From: an uncultured Candidatus Actinomarina sp.
Lineage (GTDB): Bacteria; Actinomycetota; Acidimicrobiia; Actinomarinales; Actinomarinaceae
DNA: 64,000 nt
Reading direction: 5' to 3'
Assembly: GCA_902615855.1 (NCBI GenBank)
Contig: CACMQN010000006.1
Span: 6,208-70,207 of the forward strand
Shown here: positions 24,780 through 34,637 of the stretch, piece by piece
How the letters are laid out: each line of letters begins with the position of its first letter
Numbering within the stretch: position 1 is the stretch's first letter
Notes under the pieces: model-generated
What the model saw: only the letters and a program-made list of their open reading frames with translations
Told to the model about the DNA's origin: nothing
The model's database searches: none
Program-made: the position numbers and the translations under genes

Positions 24780-27430
24780 TGTTTGGATATACTAAACGAC
24801 CACTTTTATTAATTGCTTGGAAGAATTTAAAAACCTATCCAGTAAGGATATTTTTAACTACATCATCAATTATTCTTGGCGTCTCAGTAATTATTGCTGC
24901 GAATATTTTTTCTGAAAGCAATAAAAATGCCTTTGACAATTTATTCTCTGGGGTATTTGAAGGAATTGATTTAGTTGTCCAGCCTGTTCAAGAAGATTTT
25001 GCTCAAGGATTTGGTGATGACGGAGGGCAAGGTCCAATATCGTTTGAGCTCAAGAAGATTTCAGACAAAAAAATAAATGAAATAAAAAGCATAGATGGAG
25101 TAAAAGACGCATGGGGAGATGTCATAGGGTTTGCTCAATTTATAAAATTTGGACCAAGAAAAGATTGTCACTCTTTTAATCCTGAATGTAATAGGGAAAC
25201 AATACTTATACAAAACGGTTTTGCTCCTACTTTTGGTGCTGCGTGGGATACGTCTCCATACGCTACACAGTGGGAACTTATTGATGGTAATCCACCTACA
25301 AATAAACAAGAAGTTGTAATGGATTCAACAACAGCAGAAGGAAATGGCTTTTTAGTTGGAGACAGAGTTACAGTACTTGCTGGAGCAATACCAGCTTCCT
25401 TTACAATTGTAGGAATAGCAGAATTTGCGAATACGGGTTCTCCTGGAGGAGCCTCTTTTGCACTTTTTGATTTCAATACTGCACAGATTCTTTTGGACTC
25501 AGTTGGAGAAGTAGATTTCATCAATGTTGTAGTTGATGAAAATGCTGATATAAATATAGTTCGTAATGCAATATCTAATATTGACAATCAGGGTTTAGAA
25601 GTAATAAACGCTCAAGAAGCTGCTGCAGAGCAAGCAGATTCTATTAAGCAAGGTCTTGATTTTTTTAATACAATACTCAATGTTTTTGCAGGTATTGCTA
25701 TTTTTGTTGGAGCATTTATTATTCAAAATACATTCAGAATCCTTTTACTTCAAAGAACAAAAGAACTTTCATTATTAAGAGCTTTAGGTACATCAAAAAG
25801 ACAAGTTTATAGACTAGTTGTATCAGAATCGTTATACATGGCCATAATTGGGTCTGGTTTAGGAGTTGCATTAGGTATTGGGCTATCAATTGTTGTTAAA
25901 GAAGGTTTAAAATACTTTGATTTTGGACTACCAGAAGGACCGTTAGTTCTTACTCCAAATGCTGCCATTACTGGAATAATTATTGGTGTTGTGGTAACGA
26001 TACTTTCTTCATTATTGCCTGCAAGAAAAGCTTCGCAAGTTAGTCCATTAGAAGCGATAAGAGATAGCCAATCAACACCAAAAAGAAGATCACTTTTTAT
26101 AAGACTACTTATTGGATCTCTTGTCTCATTAATAGGCTTGACAATTCTTTTTGGAGTACTTTACTCATTCTTTAGAACACCATCTCTAACTGTATTACAA
26201 CAAGTTGGTTTAGGTGCAAGTATTATTTTCATTGGCATATCTGTAATAACACCATCTATAACAAAACCATTTGTTACTATTTTCGATAAACTTTATAAAT
26301 CATTTTTTGGAATTTTAGGAAAACTTGCGACTGAAAATTCAAAAAGAACACCACGTAGAACCGCTTCAACAGCATCAGCGCTAATGATAGGGTTAACACT
26401 AATTTCACTTGCAAATGTTTTAACTACCTCTTTTAAAGCACAAGCTGAGAAAGTTGTAAAAGAGGTAGTACTAGCTGATTATCAGGTTAGTGCTGCTCAA
26501 ATTTTTGCTTCACCTGGGATACCAACTGGACTATCACAAGAATTAATTGAGCTTGATGAAGTTACAGATCTTTCAAGAACAAGAGCAACAGTCGTTGGTT
26601 ACAATAATAGACCATTGATATTGGGAGCTGTTGATAAGGCAGTTTTTGATTTAATAAAAACAGATGATATTGCTGGCTCACGAGAAGATTTTTACAGTAA
26701 AGATGCAATAGGTGTTCTTAAATTCAAAGCAGAGAGTGATGATATTGCACTTAATGATAAAGTAACTTTAACAATCCCCGAGGTAGGAAAAAAAGAATTT
26801 GTTGTTAGATATATTTTTGATTGGACAACTCAACCACCTGCAGAGTTTTTCCTCCTTTTAGATAATCATGAATTTTTTTCAAATGAGTCTTTAGATACCG
26901 AACTTTATTTTAATGTTGTGACCAAAGATGAAGCAACTAAAAATAAGCTAGATGACATTATAGATCATTACCCAGGTGTTACCCTTCGTGATCAAGATGC
27001 TTTAATTGATGAAGCTAATAGTCAAATTCAATTATTGTTAAACGTAATTTATGGATTTTTATCTATATCTATTTTTGTCGCTCTTTTTGGAATTACAAAT
27101 ACTTTATCTTTATCTGTTTATGAGAGAACAAGAGAAATAGGATTGATGAGAGCAATCGGAACTTTAAGAAAACAAATAAGAAACATGGTTTTCATTGAGT
27201 CTTCAATTATTTCAATTTTTGGTGCAATACTTGGAACCGGATTAGGAATCTTTTTTGCATGGAGTTTAATTCAAGCACTGGAAGATCAAGGATTTACAGA
27301 ATTTGTTGTTTCTACGCAACAAACGATTATATGGATTGGTATAGCAATATTTGCTGGGATAATTGCTGCAATAATTCCTGCAATCCGAGCATCAAGACAG
27401 AATATTTTGGAAGCTATTTCTTATGAGTAA
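24779..27430 (+). CDS. ABC transporter permease with two FtsX-type domains and large extracytoplasmic loops (MacB-type)
   Basis: 883 aa with the FtsX signature twice (ELSLLRALGTSKRQV and EIGLMRAIGTLRKQI). ATG overlaps the ATPase stop. Confidence 0.8.
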   Translation: MFGYTKRPLLLIAWKNLKTYPVRIFLTTSSIILGVSVIIAANIFSESNKNAFDNLFSGVFEGIDLVVQPVQEDFAQGFGDDGGQGPISFELKKISDKKINEIKSIDGVKDAWGDVIGFAQFIKFGPRKDCHSFNPECNRETILIQNGFAPTFGAAWDTSPYATQWELIDGNPPTNKQEVVMDSTTAEGNGFLVGDRVTVLAGAIPASFTIVGIAEFANTGSPGGASFALFDFNTAQILLDSVGEVDFINVVVDENADINIVRNAISNIDNQGLEVINAQEAAAEQADSIKQGLDFFNTILNVFAGIAIFVGAFIIQNTFRILLLQRTKELSLLRALGTSKRQVYRLVVSESLYMAIIGSGLGVALGIGLSIVVKEGLKYFDFGLPEGPLVLTPNAAITGIIIGVVVTILSSLLPARKASQVSPLEAIRDSQSTPKRRSLFIRLLIGSLVSLIGLTILFGVLYSFFRTPSLTVLQQVGLGASIIFIGISVITPSITKPFVTIFDKLYKSFFGILGKLATENSKRTPRRTASTASALMIGLTLISLANVLTTSFKAQAEKVVKEVVLADYQVSAAQIFASPGIPTGLSQELIELDEVTDLSRTRATVVGYNNRPLILGAVDKAVFDLIKTDDIAGSREDFYSKDAIGVLKFKAESDDIALNDKVTLTIPEVGKKEFVVRYIFDWTTQPPAEFFLLLDNHEFFSNESLDTELYFNVVTKDEATKNKLDDIIDHYPGVTLRDQDALIDEANSQIQLLLNVIYGFLSISIFVALFGITNTLSLSVYERTREIGLMRAIGTLRKQIRNMVFIESSIISIFGAILGTGLGIFFAWSLIQALEDQGFTEFVVSTQQTIIWIGIAIFAGIIAAIIPAIRASRQNILEAISYE

Positions 27431-27433
27431 AAT

Positions 27434-30400
27434 TTAAGGATTTCCAGGAGGCGGTGCTTCTCCACCAGGAGGAGGTGACTCATTTCCACCAGGAGGAGGT
27501 GACTCATTTCCACCAGGAGGATTATCTTCACCACCAGGAGGCGGTGCTTCTCCACCAGGAGGATTATCTTCACCACCAGGAGGTGGATTATAACCCTCTC
27601 CTTCAGGAGGTGGTCCTTGACCCTCTTGTTCAGGTTGACATCCTGGTGCAGCTGGATTATTTGCACAATCTTCTTCATTTTGTTGTCCACCAGGAGGTGG
27701 TACTTCTCCACCAGGAGGATTATCTTCACCGCCAGGAGGTGGATTATAACCCTCTCCTTCAGGAGGTGGTCCTTGACCTTCTTGTCCACCACTTTGAGGA
27801 CAACCAGGTGCATAAGGGTTGTCATCACAATCTTGGTCTTGTATTATTCCATCTTGAGGAGGCGGAGGAGCAACTTGTGAACATGAAGGATCATCTTGAT
27901 TTTCATCGCAATAGTTTCCTGCAAATTCAGTAAAATTATCTGATTGATTTTTAAATTCATCTGCTTTCTCAGCATCTCCCCAAAAACCACCTGGTGCAGG
28001 TTGTGTCCCAGGGGCAAAACCTCCTTCAGGAGGTGGACCAAAAGCATCACCTTGACCAGGCCCTCCCCCCTCTGTTGGTTGAGCATAACAGAGAGGATCT
28101 TGAGGATTGTCCTGACAAAGTGAACCTAGATCTTCAGGATTGAATGCTTCAAATTCTTGTACACCACCTTCTCCACCGGTCAATAATCCCGATTCTGCTG
28201 GATCAAAACCTACTTGACATCCTGGTTCATTTTGATTTCCAGGAGCAGAGCAATCAAGAACAAAATAATCATCATGATTACCATATCGCTTAGATCCTAA
28301 ATCATTTGCTCCATCAATTGAATTATAAAAAACTCCTTGCTGAGCTAAATCAACATATGAATCATCACTAAACATATTTTCTAAGAACTCACCTTTATCA
28401 AAATTACTTTCTCCGTAATAATCTCTAAAACATTCTGGATGGTTAGGATCTTCTGTACAAAAATTAGGTTTTTCACCTGCTCTAGCATTTGGATTTGGAG
28501 CCGCGTATTGAGCTAACAACCCGCCAGTCAAAGGACCTTTCAACCCTCCTTCTTGTCCAAAATTTGAATCACACTCAGGTGCATCAGGAGTTTGATCACA
28601 ATATCCAGGAGCTATATATTCCCCTCCGGAGAAAACATCAGCTGGTCTGTAATTATCTCCACATTCAGTAGCTTCAGGATTTTCTTGACAGAATTCTGGT
28701 GGTGGACCAGTTAATTGTTGAGGTCCTCCATAAATATCAAACATATCATTTCTATCCAATGCAAGACCTGTTGCATCTCCGACATGTTGATGGAAAAAGT
28801 CTCCTTCACCACTACACATTGAATCATCTGGGTATTGACTACAATCTACAGGTTCCCAATCATCACCTAAAACTTCTTCATCATAAACATGAAAAAACTT
28901 ATAAACAGCTTGAGCATTTCCACCCATACACTCCGGAGAATCAGGACTATCTGCGCAGAAAGAATCTTCTTTAGGACCTCCCCCAAAGAACATTTTTCCA
29001 GCATCGGTGCTACCTTCTGCACATCCCTCAGGATTAGAGTCACAATACGCACCTCCTTCTTCAAAAGCATCTCCTACAAATTGTGGACCATTCGAACACT
29101 CGGGTAACCAAGACTGTTCATCGCAATAACCTGGTTTAATGTCATTTGCTGTAAAACTATATTCAAATCCCATTCCCTGGACCATATCCTCAACAAAATG
29201 ATTACCTGCAAATGCTTGAGCTAGAAACTCTGGAGGTGGAGCTCCAGCTGCACATTCAGGATCAGTAGGATTATTCGCACAATAGGTACCTTCAACAAAA
29301 TTATCTTGACCTGCGTTCACAAACATATTTGCAGCCGCCAGTGCCATAGCGTTAGCAACATTACCTGTATTTGCTAATTCATTAACGGCATTTGTATCTG
29401 CTGAAATAAATTGCATCATTCCATGTTGTGCACGAAAGTTACCGTTTTCATTATGGTCAAAACCAAGATCTTGAAATTTTTCATTTTCGTGAACAGTTAC
29501 AGCATCTTCAAATATTCCAAAAAATTCAGAAACCGGTGGAAGTTCTTGAGCTGGACCATTTTCAGGTGGTTCTTGCCAGTTTGCAGTTATGAACTCCTCA
29601 ACAACCTCATCTGGTACTGCTACTTCTTGTACTACTTCAGAAAGGACTTCAACAGAATTTGTTATTTCTTCTGGTGCTCCTGCTGCTACTAGAAGGGTTT
29701 GAGTTAAATCCAATCTCTCAGCATCGCTTTCAGTAAAAACTGCATTTACAGCAACATCTGCTGTTAATTGTTCACTTCCCACAGCAAGACCTTCCTGAGT
29801 TGTAGCTTTACATGTGTAACTACATGCACCTTCCATATTTGAAACAAATTCATCGACAATCAGGGCAACAGTTGATGACTCCTCATCAACCCAACCTGAA
29901 CCTCCTGTTGTTCCACTTCCAAGTTCTGTTCCTGCAGTTTGAGAGACAGCTACTAAAACTGGATCACCTTTTTCGTTAGGCAATAATTCACTAAATACTG
30001 CATCGTCTGCTTCTTCCCCACCTTCTAAAACTGTACTTTTTGCAGAAAGAGTAGTTACGTCATATTCAAACACACCCTCAGTTCCATGAACAGAGAGTTC
30101 TGCAGTTGGGGTAACAATTTTTGCAAGAGATGCTGATAGCCCTTCACTCTTGATGTCATACGCAATACTTCCAGAGATTACATCTACTGTTAAAACTCTT
30201 GCATTTTCTTCCTCATCATAATCAAAACTTCTTATGTTAATAACGGAGTTGCCACCCATTAATAGTGATGAACCATCTTCAAATGTCATCTGAGCAGTAC
30301 CATTGTCAGCTGTTCTAATCTTTACACCCATATCTAGCGGGACAATCTCACTAATCACTTCCCAGTCACTAGAGGCATCAGTGAGAATACCTGTTGCTCC

Positions 30401-30607
30401 AATAAGAGGTTTTAAGAGAATTGGAGGAACAACTAAATCTGCTTCGTTATAGACTTCTCCAGAGAATATTTCTTCATCCGCAGTTGTGGTTGTTGTAGTC
30501 TCTTCAGTGGTATCTGTATTTTCACTTGATGTGTCATCTGAACCACCACAGGCAGAAAGAATTAGAAAAAGAATAGTTAAAATAACAAAACTTTTTTTAT
30601 GTTTCAT
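27434..30607 (-). CDS. Giant acidic lipoprotein: FecR-like beta-sandwich, 13 short Cys-loop repeats and a Pro/Gly-rich C-terminal tail
   Basis: Lipoprotein signal MKHKKSFVILTILFLILSAC from ATG at 30605-30607 (the ORF is also open to a GTG at 30643). Thr-rich linker. FecR-like segment GVKIRTADNGTAQMTFEDGSSLLMGGNSVINIRSF. Then repeats of type YCANNPTDPEC, FCADSPDSPEC, YCDQTPDAPEC, FCTEDPNHPEC, DCDDNPYAPGC and others. The tail is PPPGGEDNPPGGEAPPPGG... Confidence 0.75.
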   Translation of the reverse strand: MKHKKSFVILTILFLILSACGGSDDTSSENTDTTEETTTTTTADEEIFSGEVYNEADLVVPPILLKPLIGATGILTDASSDWEVISEIVPLDMGVKIRTADNGTAQMTFEDGSSLLMGGNSVINIRSFDYDEEENARVLTVDVISGSIAYDIKSEGLSASLAKIVTPTAELSVHGTEGVFEYDVTTLSAKSTVLEGGEEADDAVFSELLPNEKGDPVLVAVSQTAGTELGSGTTGGSGWVDEESSTVALIVDEFVSNMEGACSYTCKATTQEGLAVGSEQLTADVAVNAVFTESDAERLDLTQTLLVAAGAPEEITNSVEVLSEVVQEVAVPDEVVEEFITANWQEPPENGPAQELPPVSEFFGIFEDAVTVHENEKFQDLGFDHNENGNFRAQHGMMQFISADTNAVNELANTGNVANAMALAAANMFVNAGQDNFVEGTYCANNPTDPECAAGAPPPEFLAQAFAGNHFVEDMVQGMGFEYSFTANDIKPGYCDEQSWLPECSNGPQFVGDAFEEGGAYCDSNPEGCAEGSTDAGKMFFGGGPKEDSFCADSPDSPECMGGNAQAVYKFFHVYDEEVLGDDWEPVDCSQYPDDSMCSGEGDFFHQHVGDATGLALDRNDMFDIYGGPQQLTGPPPEFCQENPEATECGDNYRPADVFSGGEYIAPGYCDQTPDAPECDSNFGQEGGLKGPLTGGLLAQYAAPNPNARAGEKPNFCTEDPNHPECFRDYYGESNFDKGEFLENMFSDDSYVDLAQQGVFYNSIDGANDLGSKRYGNHDDYFVLDCSAPGNQNEPGCQVGFDPAESGLLTGGEGGVQEFEAFNPEDLGSLCQDNPQDPLCYAQPTEGGGPGQGDAFGPPPEGGFAPGTQPAPGGFWGDAEKADEFKNQSDNFTEFAGNYCDENQDDPSCSQVAPPPPQDGIIQDQDCDDNPYAPGCPQSGGQEGQGPPPEGEGYNPPPGGEDNPPGGEVPPPGGQQNEEDCANNPAAPGCQPEQEGQGPPPEGEGYNPPPGGEDNPPGGEAPPPGGEDNPPGGNESPPPGGNESPPPGGEAPPPGNP
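27462..27509. repeat. Perfect tandem duplication 2 x 24 bp (CCACCAGGAGGAGGTGACTCATTT), encoding GNESPPPG twice
   Basis: Read directly, in frame, within the 3' end of the lipoprotein gene. Confidence 0.9.
27547..27784. repeat. 82-bp direct repeat (27547-27628 and 27703-27784, 80/82 identical, period 156 bp), encoding EGQGPPPEGEGYNPPPGGEDNPPGGE
   Basis: Aligned by eye. The two mismatches are at cac-c/g-cc and gacc-c/t-tc. It is part of a 52-aa protein-level repeat that includes one Cys loop. Confidence 0.85.
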
Positions 30608-30716
30608 GTCTATGTTCTTAATCCTAGACAAAATTTCTCTCACGTTCTATATTGATGAATTTAATATTTACCACTCTTTTTAGTAAAAAAATAGATGTCT
30701 TTTACAATAATTACAT

Positions 30717-32009
30717 ATGAAAAACCCGATTATTACTGAGTTATTGTCGAAATTAGTGGAAATTCCATCTATAAGCTCTCTTGATGAAAACCAAAAAGAT
30801 GTATTAGATTCGGCAAATTATATTGCTGATTTATTTAGTGAAATTGGTTTAAATTCGAAGGTTACTTCAAGTGAAAATAGTAAACCAGCTGTACTTGCCC
30901 AGACCGAGATAGACCCATCTAAAAAAACTGTTCTTCTTTATGCACATCATGATGTCCAACCAGTTGGGGATATAAATAAATGGGATACAGATCCCTTTAA
31001 ACCGGAGATTATTGATGGAAGACTTTTTGCAAGAGGATCTGGAGATAATAAAGCAGGAGTTGTAACTCATTATGAAGTTGTTAAAAAATTGATAGATGAT
31101 CTACCCATAAATATAAAAATCTTTATCGAAGGTGAAGAAGAAATTGGCTCTCCTTTTATGGCAGAGTTTATAGAAGAAAATAAAAAAGACTTAGAAGCAG
31201 ATGTAATTGTCATTGCAGATTCTGGAAACATTAAATCGGGTGTTCCAACTATTACTACGTCCTTAAGAGGTTTGGTTGATGGAATTATTGTTGTTGATCA
31301 GAAGATGAATCCTGTTCACTCAGGTCTTGGAGGTGGTGTTGTACCTGACGCATTTATGGTATTAAGTAAAATTATTTCATCATTTCATAATGAAAAAGGA
31401 GAATTATTAATTGATGGATTAACTCCAACTGACCAAGACGTGTATGAATTATCTGAAGAGTTTGTTCAAAACTCCCTTTCTTCCAACGGTGTAAATTTAT
31501 TTGAAATGGATAGCTATTCAAAACGACTATGGCTGGAACCAGCATTGAGTATTTTAGCTATCGATGCCCCACCCGTAGAAGAATCAGTTAACCTACTTAT
31601 TCCAAAAGCTAGAGCAAAAGTAAGCTTGAGATTACCTCCAACAGAAGATCCAGATCATGCAATGGAGATGCTCCACAAACATATAAAAGAGAACACACCT
31701 TGGAATGCAAATGTTGAATTTATCCCTGAAGCAAAAGGAAAAGGTGTACTTGTAGATCCTCAAAAAGAGTTCTCAACACAATTAATTAAATCTTTCGATA
31801 AATTTTGGGATAATGAAGTTGCATTTATGGGTGTAGGCGGTTCTATACCTTTCGCAAATATATTTACAGAACAGTTTCCAAATGCTGAGATTGTTTTAGT
31901 TGGAGCAGGAGATGAAGAAGGTAATGCTCACGCACCAAATGAAAGTGTAAACATTGAGGATATCCAGAGACTTATTGATAGTCTTGCAGACGCACTTTCA
32001 AATTATTAA
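30717..32009 (+). CDS. M20-family metallopeptidase (dipeptidase / ArgE-DapE-CPG2 type)
   Basis: YAHHDVQPVG, RGSGDNKAG and EGEEEIGS metal-binding motifs. Confidence 0.8.
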   Translation: MKNPIITELLSKLVEIPSISSLDENQKDVLDSANYIADLFSEIGLNSKVTSSENSKPAVLAQTEIDPSKKTVLLYAHHDVQPVGDINKWDTDPFKPEIIDGRLFARGSGDNKAGVVTHYEVVKKLIDDLPINIKIFIEGEEEIGSPFMAEFIEENKKDLEADVIVIADSGNIKSGVPTITTSLRGLVDGIIVVDQKMNPVHSGLGGGVVPDAFMVLSKIISSFHNEKGELLIDGLTPTDQDVYELSEEFVQNSLSSNGVNLFEMDSYSKRLWLEPALSILAIDAPPVEESVNLLIPKARAKVSLRLPPTEDPDHAMEMLHKHIKENTPWNANVEFIPEAKGKGVLVDPQKEFSTQLIKSFDKFWDNEVAFMGVGGSIPFANIFTEQFPNAEIVLVGAGDEEGNAHAPNESVNIEDIQRLIDSLADALSNY

Positions 32010-32140
32010 CAGAATGTTAATTTGAGGTAAATTCTTCAAATTTAACTACAAGCTCACAAATATCTTTATATAATCAGCTTGAGTATGGGAGAAGCTCATA
32101 TTTATTAACAATTTAGAGGGAACTTAAGGAAGGAAGTTTT

Positions 32141-32719
32141 ATGAAAACATTTTTTACGCAGCCAATAGGGCAACTAGGAAGACAAAACTCATTAGGATTT
32201 GTTGGAATAAATGTTGTTTTGCTAGTTGTAGGTTTTGGAGAAATTGATGTACCAATCGGTTTAGAAAATTTTATAAATTTTTTATGGGGATTTTCGCTTT
32301 TTTCAATAATCCTTGCTGGATATTATCTAGTTAAAGATCAGGTACCAGATTATTGGAGAGAGGCATCAGCAATATTAGGTGGAGTAATCATTGTTGGAAC
32401 ACTTCTTGAAATATCTTCGCCAGAATATAACACGGATAATGGTGGTTTTGCTCCAATGTACTTCTTATGGGCATTTAACTCATTGATTTACGTTTTTACC
32501 ATGAGAGGTACTGGAATATTTAGACCAGTTTATGAATATTTAAGTATCTTTGGTTATATTTCAATCATTATTTGGTCTGGTGCAGACGTATTTTTTGACT
32601 ATGCAATACCAGAATCTATACAACCAATTTTTGGAATTGGATGGATAGCAATGGTAATAGGATTAGGTTATGGAAGCTATGTTGCTTGGGGTGACAAAAT
32701 GTCATCGGGCACAGAGTAG
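32141..32719 (+). CDS. Membrane protein, MKTFFT paralogue 1 (about 5-6 TM), unknown family
   Basis: 192 aa with an AAGGAAGGAAG Shine-Dalgarno. Clear paralogue of the next gene: shared MKTFFT start, EID, VP(D/E)(Y/N)W, PE(Y/F)NT, F(L/F)WAF, GAD(V/M)FF(D/N)Y.(I/L)P(E/D)S. Confidence 0.65.
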   Translation: MKTFFTQPIGQLGRQNSLGFVGINVVLLVVGFGEIDVPIGLENFINFLWGFSLFSIILAGYYLVKDQVPDYWREASAILGGVIIVGTLLEISSPEYNTDNGGFAPMYFLWAFNSLIYVFTMRGTGIFRPVYEYLSIFGYISIIIWSGADVFFDYAIPESIQPIFGIGWIAMVIGLGYGSYVAWGDKMSSGTE

Positions 32720-32736
32720 AAAAAAGGAAAAAAATT

Positions 32737-33273
32737 ATGAAAACATTTTTTACATCAACAGATAAAGAAAATGGACAACAGTCTGCTTATTTAGTGATTG
32801 TTGGTAGTTTATTTGCATTTATCAGTGGATTCCTTGAAATAGATCTAGGAGGATTTTCAGTCTTTATGGATCTTATGTTTGCCTTTGGTGCATTCGGTGT
32901 GATTATGAGCTTTACACCTTTAATGGGTGATGAAGTACCAGAAAACTGGAAATACGGAACACCTGCAGTTGCTTCCATAATTACAATTGGAAATTTAGCA
33001 GGAGTGATGAATCCAGAATTCAACACATCTCCATTCAACTTTTTCTGGGCATTCACTATGGTTGGGTTTTTTGCCGTGTCAGAAGGAGTAGTAGGTCAAG
33101 TATGGCGATACATGTTGTTAGTTGCTGGACTATTTGGACTATTTTTTACAGGAGCAGATATGTTTTTCAACTATGAATTACCAGATTCACTTGCACCATT
33201 ATTCCTTGGTGGATTTGTAACATTTATTCTTGGATTTGGTGTAGGACCACTTTTAGCTTGGAATAAAAAATAG
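32737..33273 (+). CDS. Membrane protein, MKTFFT paralogue 2
   Basis: 178 aa. See the previous entry. Confidence 0.65.
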   Translation: MKTFFTSTDKENGQQSAYLVIVGSLFAFISGFLEIDLGGFSVFMDLMFAFGAFGVIMSFTPLMGDEVPENWKYGTPAVASIITIGNLAGVMNPEFNTSPFNFFWAFTMVGFFAVSEGVVGQVWRYMLLVAGLFGLFFTGADMFFNYELPDSLAPLFLGGFVTFILGFGVGPLLAWNKK

Positions 33274-33322
33274 GGCTTTGTAGACATACTTAACTAACGC
33301 AAAAAGTTACGTTAGGAGAACA

Positions 33323-33964
33323 ATGTATGTAAGACTTGGGTTAGCAAACCCTAAAGAAGGCATGACACAAGATGCCCTGAACTATTTTAGAGATGTTGCA
33401 ATTCCAGTTTATGATCAAGTAAGTGGACTACTTTCTGCTGCAGCTTGCATAAACAATGAAGGTCAACTCATGGCGTGGACTATGTGGTCTAATAATGAGG
33501 CTAAAGAAGGAGCCATGGCTGAATTTCAAGAGAACCTATCTGGTCTAGCAGATTTTATAACAGAACCACCAACAATCCTTGAAGGACCAATGGTTGCTGC
33601 TCAACAATATATTATGGTTCCAAAAGAAGGGGGTGAATCTTTCTTTGCTCGATTTGTCATGGGAGGTGGCATGCAAGATGGTAAAACATACGATGATGCT
33701 GCAAGTTTTATGAAAAGTACCGTTTATCCAGCTTATGAAAATGTTGAAGGAATCTATGCTTCTGCTGCTTGCAAAGTAGATGATGATACAGGTTTTAGTT
33801 TCAACTTTTGGACAAATCATGATGCTGCACATGCAGCATCCGATGTAATAGGTGGTGTTGTAAAAGATGCAGTTACGAGTCTAATTAAAGAAGCGCCTAA
33901 AGAATTAACTGGAGAATGTAACGTATGGAAGAACTATGTTGACTTTCCTGTAGGAAAATTATAA
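33323..33964 (+). CDS. Tandem ABM-like (dimeric alpha-beta barrel / antibiotic biosynthesis monooxygenase-like) two-domain protein, paralogue A
   Basis: 213 aa, made of two ~100-aa halves, each with the ABM-type W-x-(S/T)-x-x-(E/D)-A pattern (LMAWTMWSNNEAKEG; FSFNFWTNHDAAHAA). AGGAGA Shine-Dalgarno. Ends TGECNVWKNYVDFPVGKL, like paralogue B. Confidence 0.55.
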   Translation: MYVRLGLANPKEGMTQDALNYFRDVAIPVYDQVSGLLSAAACINNEGQLMAWTMWSNNEAKEGAMAEFQENLSGLADFITEPPTILEGPMVAAQQYIMVPKEGGESFFARFVMGGGMQDGKTYDDAASFMKSTVYPAYENVEGIYASAACKVDDDTGFSFNFWTNHDAAHAASDVIGGVVKDAVTSLIKEAPKELTGECNVWKNYVDFPVGKL

Positions 33965-33983
33965 AAAACAGAAAGGAGTTAAT

Positions 33984-34637
33984 GTGTTGTTTTTTAGATT
34001 GACACTTGTCCCAATACAAGAGGGCAAAATGGGAGATGCAATATCCTATGCAGAAGAAAAAGTGGATGAATTTATGGAGGTACCTGGATTATTACAAGTT
34101 GCGTTATGTGAAAATAGTGATGGTCAGCTTATGTCCTGGTCAACTTGGCTAACTGAAGAGGCAATGAACTCATCAAGTGAGCGATTGTCTGAGGCTTTAG
34201 GAGGCTTAAAAGATCTTGCCGCAGGACCACCAGAAATTTCTTTTGGAAAAATGACTGCAGGTCAACAATATGTAAACATCATGAAAGGTGACAGAGAAGG
34301 ACAATCTTTTGTTGTTCGAATTGGTTATGGTGCAGAATATATTGAAGAAAAATACGATGAGGGAATGGATTGGTTGCAAAATACAGTTTATGCAGGGTAT
34401 GAAGGAACGGAAGGACTACTCGGAGCATTTGCAGTAGATGTTGGTGGCAAATTTGTTACTTTAAGTAACTGGGATAGCCAAGAAGCCTTAGATGCATCTG
34501 CAGAATCTTTTCAAAAAATTATGGCTGATGCACAAAACTATATTAAAAGCCCTCCAACAATAGTTACTGGGGAATGTAACATTTGGAGAAATATGTCCAG
34601 CTTTCCAGCTGGTAAATTATCAGAATGGAGTAAGTGA
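33984..34637 (+). CDS. Tandem ABM-like two-domain protein, paralogue B
   Basis: 217 aa, GTG start after AAGGAG. LMSWSTWLTEEAMNS and FVTLSNWDSQEALDAS. Ends TGECNIWRNMSSFPAGKL. Confidence 0.55.
   Translation: MLFFRLTLVPIQEGKMGDAISYAEEKVDEFMEVPGLLQVALCENSDGQLMSWSTWLTEEAMNSSSERLSEALGGLKDLAAGPPEISFGKMTAGQQYVNIMKGDREGQSFVVRIGYGAEYIEEKYDEGMDWLQNTVYAGYEGTEGLLGAFAVDVGGKFVTLSNWDSQEALDASAESFQKIMADAQNYIKSPPTIVTGECNIWRNMSSFPAGKLSEWSK

Noticed and set aside
27462-27784. Possible CRISPR array, because of short direct repeats
   Set aside because: The repeats are in frame inside a long ORF and have protein-coding periodicity (24 and 156 bp). There are no unique spacers of regular length and no cas genes in the window.
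27421-27933. ORF-track entries 27421-27828 (-), 27454-27933 (+) and 27617-27880 (+), with odd His/Gln/Leu/Val-rich repetitive translations
   Set aside because: They are alternative-frame or antisense readings of the Pro/Gly repeat region of the large lipoprotein gene. The repeats keep all frames open. They have no start context, and the lipoprotein frame has the coherent signal peptide and domain structure.
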